DNA of 64,000 nucleotides from an uncultured Clostridiaceae bacterium (GTDB lineage Bacteria; Bacillota; Clostridia; TANB77; CAG-508): NCBI GenBank assembly GCA_947577025.1, contig CANPTO010000012.1, positions 1,484 to 65,483 of the forward strand, read 5' to 3'. Shown piece by piece: positions 1 to 11,009 of this stretch (position 1 is its first letter; each line of letters starts with the position of its first letter). The notes under the pieces were generated by a model. It saw only the letters and a program-made list of their open reading frames with translations, ran no database searches and was not told where the DNA came from. The position numbers and the translations under genes were made by a program.

Positions 1-102
1 TAATTTCTTGAACCTTTTTAGATCTTCTGGCAAATGCCAAATTAGTTTATTATCTTTTCCTATAACATTGTTTTTTGATATTGCTACTATTATACTTAAC
101 AT
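1..102 (-). CDS. folA: dihydrofolate reductase, N-terminal 34 codons only (gene runs off the left edge)
   Basis: The reverse strand from the ATG at 102 reads MLSIIVAISKNNVIGKDNKLIWHLPEDLKRFKKL, a canonical DHFR N-terminus. A GGAGAA ribosome-binding site lies just upstream. Confidence 0.7.
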   Translation of the reverse strand, partial: MLSIIVAISKNNVIGKDNKLIWHLPEDLKRFKKL

Positions 103-330
103 TTTATTCTCCTTTCATTATAAAAAAGAATTACTGTACAGTTGACTTATATCAATTAATATATCATATTCAATTACATCAGTCAACTCATTTTACATGC
201 CTAATTTTCTACTTATTTTATTATATTGTTTACATATTTTTATTGACTTATATTATTTATTGTGATACATTAATCAACATAAGTTAACTGTTAACAATTT
301 CTTTTGTTTATTTATGAAAGGAGAAAAACT

Positions 331-1209
331 ATGTCACAATTTGATAACATGTATTTGGAAACCTGTAAAAAGATCATTCAGCATGGTGCTCGGACAGAGT
401 CTAGGAATGGTATTACATACCGCATTCCTGGAAATCATTGGATTTTTGATTTAGAAAAAGAATTTCCTATTCTTACTGTGAAAAAAGTGGCTTTTAAAAC
501 TGCTGTTTTGGAAATGCTTTGGATTTATCAGCAGAAAAGTATTGCACTTTCTTGGCTTCAGCAAAGAGGTATTAAAATTTGGGATAAATTTGAAATAAGT
601 TCAGATGGAATTTATCGTAATCCAGACAACGGTGAGGAAAAATTCTTTGGCAAGCAGTGGGCTGGAACAATTGGTTCTTCTTATGGTTATATAATTGCTA
701 ATGGTGGTGAACCTGATTTTAAAGATCAGATGGATGCAGCAATTTACAAAATCATCAACTGTCCTGCTGATAGACGTAATATTATTACCATGTGGCAACC
801 TCCATTCTTTGGTAATGCTGTTCTCCCTCCTTGTGTATATAAGGTTCAGTTCCTTGTATTAGATGGAAAGCTTCACACTTTTGTAGAACAGCGGTCTTGT
901 GATACATTCTTGGGAGTTCCTTTTAATATTACTCAGTATGCTGTACTTAACTATATGCTTGCACATGTAACTGGTTTAAATCCTGGAGAGATGCATTACA
1001 ATATGGTTGATGTTCATATTTATGAAGAACACATTGATCAGGTGCATGAAATGCTTAATCGCTGGGATCGTGCCTTACCTGCACCTAAGCTTTGGCTTAA
1101 TCCTGAAGTTAAAGATTTCTATTCTTTTGACTCTTCAAAGGAGTTACATGATTGTAAACTCATTGGTTATGAACACCTTGGTGCAATCAAAGGTATTGTA
1201 AAAGCATAA
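331..1209 (+). CDS. thyA: thymidylate synthase
   Basis: The ORF carries ThyA motifs (FVEQRSCDTFLGVPFNITQYAVL). An AGGAGA site precedes the ATG at 331, while the ORF track starts at an upstream TTG at 304. GC is visibly higher than in neighbouring genes, and there are two in-frame CGG=Arg codons (391, 892). Confidence 0.95.
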   Translation: MSQFDNMYLETCKKIIQHGARTESRNGITYRIPGNHWIFDLEKEFPILTVKKVAFKTAVLEMLWIYQQKSIALSWLQQRGIKIWDKFEISSDGIYRNPDNGEEKFFGKQWAGTIGSSYGYIIANGGEPDFKDQMDAAIYKIINCPADRRNIITMWQPPFFGNAVLPPCVYKVQFLVLDGKLHTFVEQRSCDTFLGVPFNITQYAVLNYMLAHVTGLNPGEMHYNMVDVHIYEEHIDQVHEMLNRWDRALPAPKLWLNPEVKDFYSFDSSKELHDCKLIGYEHLGAIKGIVKA

Positions 1210-1229
1210 TTTTATTATAAAACTAAAAT

Positions 1230-1262
1230 AGGCATCATTTAATAAATGGTGCCTGTTTTTTA
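1230..1262 (+). terminator. rho-independent terminator after thyA
   Basis: Stem aggcatcat / atggtgcct followed by a T-run. Confidence 0.6.
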
Positions 1263-1263
1263 T

Positions 1264-1554
1264 TTAGACATCTTTATTTTTCCTTCTATTCCTAATACCT
1301 TTTACTATTACTAATTTTTCTTTTTCTTGGATTTCATAAAAGATTAAAAAATTATTATAGATTATAAATCTGTTTTGTGAATTTTCATAAATTGCACCTA
1401 TGTATGGGAATAACTCTAAACTATCAATTTTAGCAGTTATTCCCCTTAAAAAATTTTCTGAAGCAATGGGATTTAATAATTTGAATTTGATATAATAATA
1501 TATGTTGAATATATCATAATCTGCCGTTTCTCGCCTAATTATTGTATATATAAT
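1264..1554 (-). CDS. RelE/ParE-family toxin with no canonical start codon
   Basis: A 96-codon open frame reads IIYTIIRRETADYDIFNIYYYIKFKLLNPIASENFLRGITAKIDSLELFPYIGAIYE...LVIVKGIRNRRK, which is ParE-like. It overlaps the upstream small ORF by 20 nt. The frame contains no ATG, GTG or TTG, so only ATT or ATA at 1554-1549 could serve as a start. Confidence 0.45.
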   Translation of the reverse strand: MIYTIIRRETADYDIFNIYYYIKFKLLNPIASENFLRGITAKIDSLELFPYIGAIYENSQNRFIIYNNFLIFYEIQEKEKLVIVKGIRNRRKNKDV

Positions 1555-1687
1555 CTAATCTCCTTATCCATTCATTAATCATTTTCTTAGATTCTTCATT
1601 TGTATGAAATCTCCCATTTTTCATATCTTCATCAGCCCTTGCAAGCATTTCATCAATTTCTCTTTTTTCTTCCTCAGTAAACTCCAT
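1535..1687 (-). CDS. putative antitoxin (50 aa) of the ParE-like module
   Basis: The ORF reads MEFTEEEKREIDEMLARADEDMKNGRFHTNEESKKMINEWIRRLDYIYNN. An AGGAGG site lies 7 nt upstream, and its position and overlap with the toxin frame are typical of type II TA pairs. It is below the ORF-track size cutoff. Confidence 0.4.
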   Translation of the reverse strand: MEFTEEEKREIDEMLARADEDMKNGRFHTNEESKKMINEWIRRLDYIYNN

Positions 1688-1807
1688 CTTTTTACCTCCT
1701 CATTATTTTTTATTTATTAGTATTCTATATTATATCTAACTTTATGTCAATAACTTTTATTGAATTTATATAAGAAATTTCTGACAATATTTTACAAAAT
1801 TTTTAAG

Positions 1808-2699
1808 CTAAATATCCCACTTTGGTACATATTCTTCTTCATGTTCTCCTAATTCTTGCATATACCCATTTTTAAAATCTAATACATAAAAATATTCTTC
1901 TATTTGCTTATATTCTCTTTTTGTTAATTTTCTATTTATTAATTCTTCTTCTTTTGCTTTATATGTTGGGAAATATTGTGCCATTACATTTATATATACA
2001 TCTTCTGGTATATTTTCTTTAATCCATTTTAAAATGTTTTTTGTGTTTTGTATGTGATGTGGTAACACTAAATGCCTTATCATTACTCCTTTTTTTATCA
2101 TACCATTTTCATCAAATTTTGGAGAGCCAACTTGTCTTATCATTTCTTTTATGGCTTTTGTTGCTATTTCAAAGTAGTGTGGTGCTTTTGAATATTTTAT
2201 TGCCATTTCATCTGAATAATATTTTAAATCTGGTAAATATACATCTATATAGCCTTCTAATGCTTTTAGTGTTTCTATACTTTCATATCCATTTGAATTA
2301 TATATTATCGGTATATTTAAACCTTGCTTTCTTGCTATTTTTATAGCTTCTATTATGTGGTATGCATACATTGTTGGAGTAACTAAATTTATATTTTCTG
2401 CTCCATTTGCTTGCTCACATATCATAATATTAGCTAGTTCTTCTATACTTATTTCTTTTCCTTTTCCTAGCTGACTTATTTCATAGTTTTGGCAAAACAT
2501 ACAATGCAAATTACAATGTGTAAAAAATATAGTTCCAGAACCATTTTTTCCACTAATGCAAGGCTCTTCAAAAGTATGCAAACTTACAAGCGATATCTCT
2601 AGCTTATCTGTTGCCTTACAGTTACCGCTTCCTTTTTTCTAATCTATTTACTTTACATTTATGAGGACATGCCTCACATTTTTTTAATAGTTCTAACAT
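1808..2699 (-). CDS. PflX-like radical SAM protein (pyruvate formate-lyase activase-like); needs a +1 step at CGG 2625-2627
   Basis: The radical SAM motif CNLHCMFCQN is present. The N-terminal exon MLELLKKCEACPHKCKVNRLEKRK (ATG at 2699) ends at CGG-TAA. The +1 frame continues GNCKATDKLEISLVSLHTFEEPCISG into ORF 1808..2581. The joined length of about 297 aa is typical for the family. Confidence 0.8.
2625..2627 (-). other. in-frame CGG at a +1 frame junction
   Basis: The sense strand reads AAG-CGG-TAA, so the zero frame stops at once and GGT-AAC-TGT continues the protein. An A6 run at 2633-2638 also lies inside the window where the switch could occur, so this site alone is ambiguous. Confidence 0.6.
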
Positions 2700-2717
2700 T
2701 TTTATAACTCCTTTTAC

Positions 2718-2746
2718 TTGACATTTTATGTTTATTGTTATATTAT
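2718..2746 (+). promoter_or_regulatory. sigma-A-like promoter
   Basis: TTGACA, a 17-nt spacer, then TATTAT, about 70 nt upstream of the small ORF at 2817. Confidence 0.4.
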
Positions 2747-2816
2747 ATTTATATAAACTTTTTAATTAGAACTATAAAATCTAGTTCTAAGGCATTTTAT
2801 AAGGAGACAAACTACT

Positions 2817-2960
2817 ATGAAAAACTTTAACATCAACAAAGGCTTAGGTTATCTTGCAGTTTCTGCAATTGCGATTGCATCTATTGTCTGTACATCGAGT
2901 TCTTTAGGCGCAATTTTTATTGTGCTACTAGGTTTCATTCTTGTAGGTCTTTTGGCTTAG
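2817..2960 (+). CDS. small hydrophobic protein (47 aa)
   Basis: The ORF reads MKNFNINKGLGYLAVSAIAIASIVCTSSSLGAIFIVLLGFILVGLLA. An AAGGAG site lies upstream and a terminator follows directly. Confidence 0.4.
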   Translation: MKNFNINKGLGYLAVSAIAIASIVCTSSSLGAIFIVLLGFILVGLLA

Positions 2961-2969
2961 TTTGAAAGA

Positions 2970-3001
2970 AAAGATCCTCATATGAGGATTTTTTCTTTTT
3001 T
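2970..3001 (+). terminator. rho-independent terminator
   Basis: Palindrome atcctcatatgaggat followed by a T-run. Confidence 0.6.
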
Positions 3002-3092
3002 CAATATATCATATTTTTTTAAATTAATCTATAAATTCTTTACTTTTTGTGCTATAATATAAAAAGTTTGTAACAAGGAGGGATTGAAGCAA

Positions 3093-3816
3093 ATGGCAAT
3101 TATTGAACATGATTTTGATTTTAGTATACGTGATATTAATGATAAAACTGAGTTAACTAATAGAGCTATGCTTGGCTTTTTTGAGGATATTGGTGGTTAC
3201 CATTCTGATATTGCTGGGTATGGTTTAAAAGATATTGAAGAAACTAAATTAAGTTGGGTTTTACTTCATTGGAAAATTAAAGTTTTAAAAAGAATTAAAT
3301 ATGGAGATTCTATTCATGTAAAAACTTGGTCACGAGGAGCTGTTCGTGCTTGTTGCTATCGTGATTATGAAATATATAATGGCAAACGGAGAACTATGCA
3401 CTATTGCTACTTCTAAGTGGACTTTAATTCATTTAGAAAAAGGATTAATGCGTTTTACTGATGAATTAGTAGAAAAATATCAAACAGAGAATAAATGTAC
3501 TTTTGATAATTTTAATTTTGAAAAAATTAAAGAACCTGAAAATAGCACTCTTACTTTTGAATATACTGTGCAAAGAAGAGATATTGATATTAATAAACAT
3601 ATGCATAATATATGTTATTTAGATTTAGCCTATGAGGCTTTACCAAAAGATATTTACGAAAATACTTCTTTTGATAATATAGAAATTATGTATAAAACTG
3701 GTGCTTTGTTAGGTGAAAAGGTTAAATGTTTCTATTCTGATATTGATGGAGAACATATTGTTACTATTAAAAGTGAAGATGAAACTAAACTTCATGCAAT
3801 AGTAACATTGTATTAA
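3093..3816 (+). CDS. acyl-ACP thioesterase; needs a +1 step at CGG 3387-3389
   Basis: Two track ORFs (3084..3416 and 3346..3816) both look like an acyl-ACP thioesterase. The junction reads YEIYNGK|GELCTIATSKWTLI. The joined length is about 240 aa. Confidence 0.85.
3387..3389 (+). other. in-frame CGG at a +1 frame junction
   Basis: The sequence reads AAA-CGG-AGA. The zero frame stops 9 codons later, and GGA-GAA-CTA continues the family sequence. This is the only plus-strand example. Confidence 0.8.
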
Positions 3817-3902
3817 ATTTTTATTGATTTTTTGTTTTTTACATGTTATAATGGTAAACATAACTTATAGTATTTGTTTCAATAATAGGAGGTATGCAGA
3901 TA

Positions 3903-4193
3903 ATGGCTAATAAAGTAATAAACTATCCAAAGCCTAAGGACACATTACGGGCACGTTACTTACCACAGCAAGGATTTTATCAACTATTTTTTGAAGTTGA
4001 AGGGAAAACAAAAATTGTAGAACCAATATATGAATCGAGTTTTGATTGTGATGGTAAATATATGAGAAGTATTATTTATACTGTAGTAGAAAAAGTAAAA
4101 GATTATAATATAGACTTTTACGACATTGCAAATGCTATTGTTGAATGTTGTAAGGATAATAATCAAAGGCCACCTAAAATTATGTTTAATTGA
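3903..4193 (+). CDS. hypothetical protein (96 aa)
   Basis: AGGAGG at 3887-3892 favours the ATG at 3903 over the track start at 3894. I recognise no family. It contains an in-frame CGG at 3948. Confidence 0.5.
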   Translation: MANKVINYPKPKDTLRARYLPQQGFYQLFFEVEGKTKIVEPIYESSFDCDGKYMRSIIYTVVEKVKDYNIDFYDIANAIVECCKDNNQRPPKIMFN

Positions 4194-4243
4194 TTATACA
4201 AAATAAATATTAACCAAACAACTAATCAAAAGGAGGAACTAAC

Positions 4244-4591
4244 ATGTCAACATTAAAATTTGACCGTAAGCTTGAAACAGTTGAATTAATAAGCTCATCT
4301 GATACTAATTACTATCACCCATATCCATTTGATATGGAACCGTGGGAAAAGCTTAAGACTATATTAAGTCGGTTTGGTATTATATTATCTTCACCCTATG
4401 AATTAGAGTTTGTTGATGATGAATACCATATTCAGCCAGTTCCAGGATATTTTGGAGCTAATGACGGAAAAGTATTATATAAAGACAAAATTATTGCAAA
4501 AGGTAGCGTAGATGGTAGCAACTATTGCGATAGAGAAGGAAAATTGACTATCTATATGAATGTTTTGGAATCTATATATGAAGCCAAATAA
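4244..4591 (+). CDS. hypothetical protein (115 aa)
   Basis: A strong AAAGGAGG site precedes it. I recognise no family. It contains an in-frame CGG at 4370. Confidence 0.5.
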   Translation: MSTLKFDRKLETVELISSSDTNYYHPYPFDMEPWEKLKTILSRFGIILSSPYELEFVDDEYHIQPVPGYFGANDGKVLYKDKIIAKGSVDGSNYCDREGKLTIYMNVLESIYEAK

Positions 4592-4594
4592 CAC

Positions 4595-4633
4595 AAAAAA
4601 CCTAGAGGATACTTTAATCCTCTAGGTTTTTTG
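4595..4633. terminator. bidirectional terminator between convergent genes
   Basis: A-run, then stem cctagagga / tcctctagg, then a T-run. Confidence 0.7.
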
Positions 4634-4644
4634 TATGGTTTTAT

Positions 4645-5340
4645 TTAATTACAGTGATAAATAAAAATCTCACCATTTTTGAGCATTATCGGAATTCTCC
4701 CCTGTTTATCTTTTTGGCATACTTTTTTATAATCTTCCATAAGTTTAAAATTCTTATCGTAATAAGTATATTCACCGTTCTGAAGCATTCTGTAAAATTC
4801 ACCGTCTGCAACCATTTCTACATGGTTTCCTTCAAACTCTTTTATTTCTTTGGTGTTTATATTAACCAATTTCAGAGTTTTTTCGTTTGTTACATAAAAG
4901 TAATCCTGATTTACTACAACATACCTATTCTCTGGATTTGAACTACATATAACTTTCTCTTTTTTTAAGTCCTTATTCAGAACAGTTACATCTCCATTCA
5001 TTTCCACTACTATTGCAGACTTTCCTGGCACATAATATAAAATATTCTCATATTTATGCCCTTCAACTTCTTTTAATTGTGTATCAATGAATGTATAGTA
5101 TCGTGAGCCCCACTCTTCAGCTAATGCTGCTAAGTACTTACAGTTATTACTTATTGCCTTTTTTACACTTACTTCATCAAATAAGCATACTCTTAAATCT
5201 GTTGAACCAGCAATCTCATAATCTTCATCTATTAGATATACTATACATTTTCCCTCTGGTACTGCTAATGCATAACCATCTTTAAAGTCAGTTACATAGC
5301 TCCAAAGTAATTTGTTACACATTTTCCGTAAAATACTCAT
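4645..5340 (-). CDS. hypothetical protein (231 aa)
   Basis: Long ORF with no family I recognise. An in-frame CGG forms codon 5 (5326-5328). Confidence 0.5.
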   Translation of the reverse strand: MSILRKMCNKLLWSYVTDFKDGYALAVPEGKCIVYLIDEDYEIAGSTDLRVCLFDEVSVKKAISNNCKYLAALAEEWGSRYYTFIDTQLKEVEGHKYENILYYVPGKSAIVVEMNGDVTVLNKDLKKEKVICSSNPENRYVVVNQDYFYVTNEKTLKLVNINTKEIKEFEGNHVEMVADGEFYRMLQNGEYTYYDKNFKLMEDYKKVCQKDKQGRIPIMLKNGEIFIYHCN

Positions 5341-5480
5341 AATTTTTTCTCCCTTCTTAATTAAGAAATAGTTTTATTTAGTAACATAGCTTCATCATAT
5401 CATTTTATGTTTACTTTTACAATAGTTTTAACTGTTTTTTTATCAATATTATCTATACACTTTTAATAAAATATAAAAAA

Positions 5481-5672
5481 GTAGATTCGTCACATAGGTC
5501 GCCCAAAGTGCGCCCCCTACAACGTTGAATATATTCCAAAAGCCGATTTTTTCTATTCAATAAGAAAAACAACTTAGCAAAGTGGGTGAACTATGTTCGC
5601 CCTTACAATTTAACTTAAAATAGTACACTTTCCTAAGAATATTAAAGGCAGACACAAGGTCTGCCACTACAT
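5481..5672. repeat. three tandem GC-rich hairpin units of the CCCTACA family
   Basis: The units are ggtcgcccaaagtgcgccccctacaa, gtgggtgaactatgttcgcccttacaa and ggcagacacaaggtctgccactaca. Related copies lie elsewhere in the window. Confidence 0.6.
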
Positions 5673-5740
5673 TATTTTTTTAATTTATACTCTTCACTAT
5701 TAATTCTTCACTAAATTTCTCCATGCAATGGAGAAATTTA

Positions 5741-7393
<1,653 letters not shown>

Positions 7394-7528
7394 TCAAAAC
7401 TCGAAGAGTTTTGTACTCTTCACTATTCATTATTCACTATTCATAAAAGCTATTTATACGAAATGCATGCAATTAATAATCTCTCCTATATTAATTTTAA
7501 TTATAGTTTTCATAATTTTCTACTATTC

Positions 7529-7623
7529 CTCGGGTTTCCGATGGCGGCGACCCCTACAATTGCTACTATTCATTTGAGCAATTTCTTCTAAGTGCTGGGT
7601 AGACACAAGGCCTATCCCTACAT
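7529..7623. repeat. two CCCTACA-family units inside the groES-groEL spacer
   Basis: The units are tcgggtttccgatggcggcgacccctacaa and gggtagacacaaggcctatccctaca. Confidence 0.6.
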
Positions 7624-7647
7624 TAATTTTTGATTTCATAATTTTAA

Positions 7648-7932
<285 letters not shown>

Positions 7933-7961
7933 TTAAAAATATTTATTTACTAATATTAAAA

Positions 7962-7988
7962 TTAGCAGTCTTTATTTGAGACTGCTAA
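7962..7988 (-). promoter_or_regulatory. CIRCE operator (HrcA binding site)
   Basis: TTAGCAGTC-N9-GACTGCTAA, compared with the consensus TTAGCACTC-N9-GAGTGCTAA, about 45 nt upstream of groES. Confidence 0.8.
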
Positions 7989-8102
7989 TAATTTATACCT
8001 TTTTACTTTTAATGTCAATACTATTGTTTGAAAATTCACATATTTTTCACAAAGTGCCTCTTTTATATTTATATTCGGTAATTTGCTTTAATATGATTAT
8101 AA

Positions 8103-9123
8103 TTACTTACTTTTTAATTTATAAACTACATATCTTAAATTACAAAATACTTTCTTTGCAATTTTATAGAAAAGATATTTAATTGGTTTAAATGGAATAT
8201 ATATTTCTCCTATTAGTTCTACAAATTCTCCTCCAAAGCCTTTTTTGAACCTATATAGTCCATCTTCTTCTCCGCTTTTCTATTGAAACTCCTCTAAAAT
8301 CATATACTTTACAATTATTTTTTATTGCTAGTTTTATCATTTCCCATTGAAGTAAATATGTTGACATTAAGTTTCTATGTTTATTTGAGCTTGCTCCATA
8401 TAGGTACCACATTTTGTTTCCATATATTATTGGCATTATTGCTGATATTGGCTCATTTTCATAGTAGGCTATATATATTTTAGTTTGATATGGGAATTCT
8501 TTTAGTATTTTTTCAAAATATTCTTTTGGTCTTGTCCTAAAATTATCCCTTTTTCCTGTTTCTTTCATTAATTCATAGAACTCATCTATTCCTTCTTCAT
8601 TTTTTTCTTCTACTATTACTCCTTTTTTTCCAGATAGCCTTACATTATACCTAGTTTTTGAGGCAAAATTTTTAAATATTTCGTCTTCTGTCTTATCTTC
8701 TAAATTTAGCCTAAAGTTATGCCTTGCTTGTATTTCTTGGTCAAATTTTATGGCTTTACTATTTATTTTGTATCCAAGCTTTTTTACCAAACTACTAAAT
8801 TCTTTGTTTTCTTTTTTTACATTTGGCTCTATTATAATTACAAATGCTTTATATTTTTTTGCTACTTCTTTCATTTTAATTGTTAGTTTTCTTAAAGTTT
8901 CCTCATCATATATTTCACCTATTGGACCTCTTGGTACATACATTATATTCCCGAATATAGGTAATTTTCTAATTAATATACTCATACTTGCTATTATACT
9001 TTTGTTTTCATCTTCTACTATAACTATTTCATTTTTCCAAAATTCCTTTACTTTTGCCCATTCTCTAGATTGCTGAAAATCACATAAATCTTCTTTTTTT
9101 ATAAATTCTTCATAACTTTCCAT
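8103..9123 (-). CDS. FemAB-family peptidoglycan interpeptide-bridge transferase; needs a +1 step at CGG 8272-8274
   Basis: The 290-aa track ORF ends ...DFRGVSIEKRRRRWTI*. The +1 frame gives GEEDGLYRFKKGFGGEFVELIGEIYIPFKP..., the conserved FemAB C-terminus. The joined length is about 339 aa. Confidence 0.85.
8272..8274 (-). other. in-frame CGG at a +1 frame junction
   Basis: The sense strand reads AAG-CGG-AGA. The downstream frame is closed by TAG at 8282-8280, so the switch must occur within a few nt of the CGG. Confidence 0.8.
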
Positions 9124-9220
9124 TTAGCTCTCCTCCTAATATGATTGTATATAATAAATGAAAAGAAGGTTTTAAGAACTACTTAACTAATTCTTAACTT
9201 TTTCTTACATTTATTCGGTT

Positions 9221-9349
9221 GTCGGAAGTCGGAGGTCAGAATTTAAGGTAAATTCTTCGAAGTTTTGGCGAAATTCGGTATTCCTCATAGGTATTCCTTA
9301 CAGATTTAGGCCCTACAGCTATTTTTAAATTTCTGTCTTCCTACTTCTC
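9221..9349. repeat. MITE-like element with GGAAGT/GGAGGT/CAGAAG-type terminal inverted repeats
   Basis: The left arm is gtcggaagtcggaggtcagaat, the core is ggtaaattcttcgaag, and the right arm is ttctgtcttcctacttctc. It belongs to the same family as the copies at 27051, 28941 and 29870. Confidence 0.6.
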
Positions 9350-9552
9350 TATATTTAGAGGATATTATTTTATATATATTTTTTCAATCGTTTTTCTGTA
9401 ATCTTGTTGTAAGTAAATTGTAAGGTTTTAAACTTATATATGATTTTATTATATTAAATGAAATTGTTATAGATAAATGTTTCTTTAATTTAGAGCATCA
9501 AAACTAGTTCATCATTTCGACTAATAATTTTACATAATTTTATTAATATTAC

Positions 9553-9581
9553 TTGACATATTATGTAGTCTGTTATATAAT
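9553..9581 (+). promoter_or_regulatory. consensus sigma-A promoter
   Basis: A perfect TTGACA, a 17-nt spacer and a perfect TATAAT, 85 nt upstream of the ATG at 9666. Confidence 0.6.
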
Positions 9582-9665
9582 TTCTTCATACTTATATTGT
9601 TATTCCTTGTTTGCATTTTTAGGGAAACTACTTAAGTAAATAATTTTTTCAAGGAGGATTGTACT

Positions 9666-10046
9666 ATGATAGGTACAACTAAAAAAGAAGTAAGAGAATT
9701 TGTTGAACAGTCAGTAGCAAGCTATAAAAACTCTACTGGTTATGCTGTAATTGGATGTATTCCAGAGGCTCAGCAGGAATTCATAAATGGAAAACTTTAT
9801 GAATTATATAAAGATGCGGAGCGGAGTAGTTCTTCCGATACACTTAGCCTGCTCAAAGAAGTTATGGAAGAGTATTCCGGTTTTTCGAGTTACTTCAGTC
9901 AGCGTCAGTCAAAACCTCAAGCGCGAACACCTGACTTACCTTGGTGTGATTATGTTGGTAACCCAGCTGCAAGAAGGTTTTGGGGGCTTGATAACGATAG
10001 TAGACCTAGACCTTCATGGCTTAGCGGAATGCCAAGAAGCTGTTAA
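9666..10046 (+). CDS. hypothetical 126-aa protein, a possible partner or substrate of the downstream radical SAM enzyme
   Basis: It has an AAGGAGGATTGTA ribosome-binding site identical to that of the next gene. The C-terminal half is unusually GC-rich and rich in Ser/Pro/Arg/Trp. There is an in-frame CGG at 9822, and a second long frame (9787..10212) is also open. Confidence 0.4.
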   Translation: MIGTTKKEVREFVEQSVASYKNSTGYAVIGCIPEAQQEFINGKLYELYKDAERSSSSDTLSLLKEVMEEYSGFSSYFSQRQSKPQARTPDLPWCDYVGNPAARRFWGLDNDSRPRPSWLSGMPRSC

Positions 10047-10106
10047 CTTTTTTCTTGTGGGATTGTACTTTATTGCAATCCCACAAATCGTTAAAAGGAG
10101 GATTGT

Positions 10107-11009
10107 ATGTCATATAGTAAAAAAACTGAAATTTTCGGTCACAATATTGACATTAAATTTAATGATTGTATTTCTGATGGTGAAGAACAAACTTTTAATG
10201 ATAGGGCTCTAACTCTTTACATTCATATCAACAAAATGTGTAATGCACGGTGCAAATTCTGTAATATTTACAAAACCTGCTCACCTAGAGTAAGCTTTGA
10301 TCTTCAGAAATTATCAGTAGTTCTACAAGAATTAATAACTAAAAATAAGCTTGGTAGAATTGCCATAACAGGAGGTGAAACATTTTTAGATGTACATCTT
10401 TTAGATAATGTTTTAGCTACAATTTATGAGAACGTTAATAATCCTGTTATAACAATTAATACTAATGCTTCAATGCTATATAAAATATATGAGTTAAAAA
10501 ATATTGAAGTATTGAGTGAAATTAGGATAAGTAGGCATCACTACTTAGATGAAGAAAACAATTCAATTTTTGGCATTAAGTGTGCTACTATAGCTGAACT
10601 TTCAACTGCTGTTAATAAATATGGCAATCTTATTAAATTAAACTGTAATTTGATAAAAGGTCATATTGATAACGTAGAAGAAATTAGTAAATACTTAGAT
10701 ACTGTAAGTAGTATTGGAATTTCAGAAGTTGGTTTCGTAGGGTTAATGCCTTTTAATGAATACTGTCAAGAACATTATGTAGATTATTCAAGCTTTATTT
10801 TTCCTACTAGTTTTTTACGAGTTCGAAATTTAAAGGATAGTAATATATGTCAATGTGATAATTATATATATATTTCTCAAAATACATGTATGACTATGCA
10901 AACATATTTTAGGCAAGTAAGAAAGCTGGAGTGTGCCTATTGTAGACAATTTTCATATTCTTATGATAATAATCTTGTAGGTGGATTTGACAAAAAAATA
11001 ATATACTAA
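10107..11009 (+). CDS. radical SAM protein (MoaA/SkfB-like core, 300 aa) with a Cys-rich C-terminal region
   Basis: The CNARCKFC (Cx3Cx2C) motif, ITGGETFL and INTNA are present. The C-terminus carries CQCDN...C...CAYC. The CGG at 10248 lies inside the cluster motif and must be read in frame. Confidence 0.85.
   Translation: MSYSKKTEIFGHNIDIKFNDCISDGEEQTFNDRALTLYIHINKMCNARCKFCNIYKTCSPRVSFDLQKLSVVLQELITKNKLGRIAITGGETFLDVHLLDNVLATIYENVNNPVITINTNASMLYKIYELKNIEVLSEIRISRHHYLDEENNSIFGIKCATIAELSTAVNKYGNLIKLNCNLIKGHIDNVEEISKYLDTVSSIGISEVGFVGLMPFNEYCQEHYVDYSSFIFPTSFLRVRNLKDSNICQCDNYIYISQNTCMTMQTYFRQVRKLECAYCRQFSYSYDNNLVGGFDKKIIY

Noticed and set aside
75-287. A 70-aa ORF in the folA-thyA spacer.
   Set aside because: It is AT-rich low-complexity sequence with no ribosome-binding site, and the region is better explained as a divergent promoter spacer.
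2633-2638. Homopolymer (A6/T6) slippage as the general cause of the frameshifts. I suspected it first for the PflX-like gene, and also for VanZ at 20172-20177.
   Set aside because: Only 2 of the 16 junction windows contain a homopolymer, whereas all 16 contain an in-frame CGG. In several genes (pfkA, spoIIIAA, spoIIIAD, the ABC ATPase), conserved motifs and flanking stop codons pin the switch to the CGG itself.
9811-10050. The GC-rich patch, considered as a structured non-coding RNA (riboswitch, tmRNA or intron fragment).
   Set aside because: I could not recognise any known RNA motif or consistent long-range pairing by eye. The patch lies inside an ORF that has a good ribosome-binding site. 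This question stays open pending a covariance-model scan.
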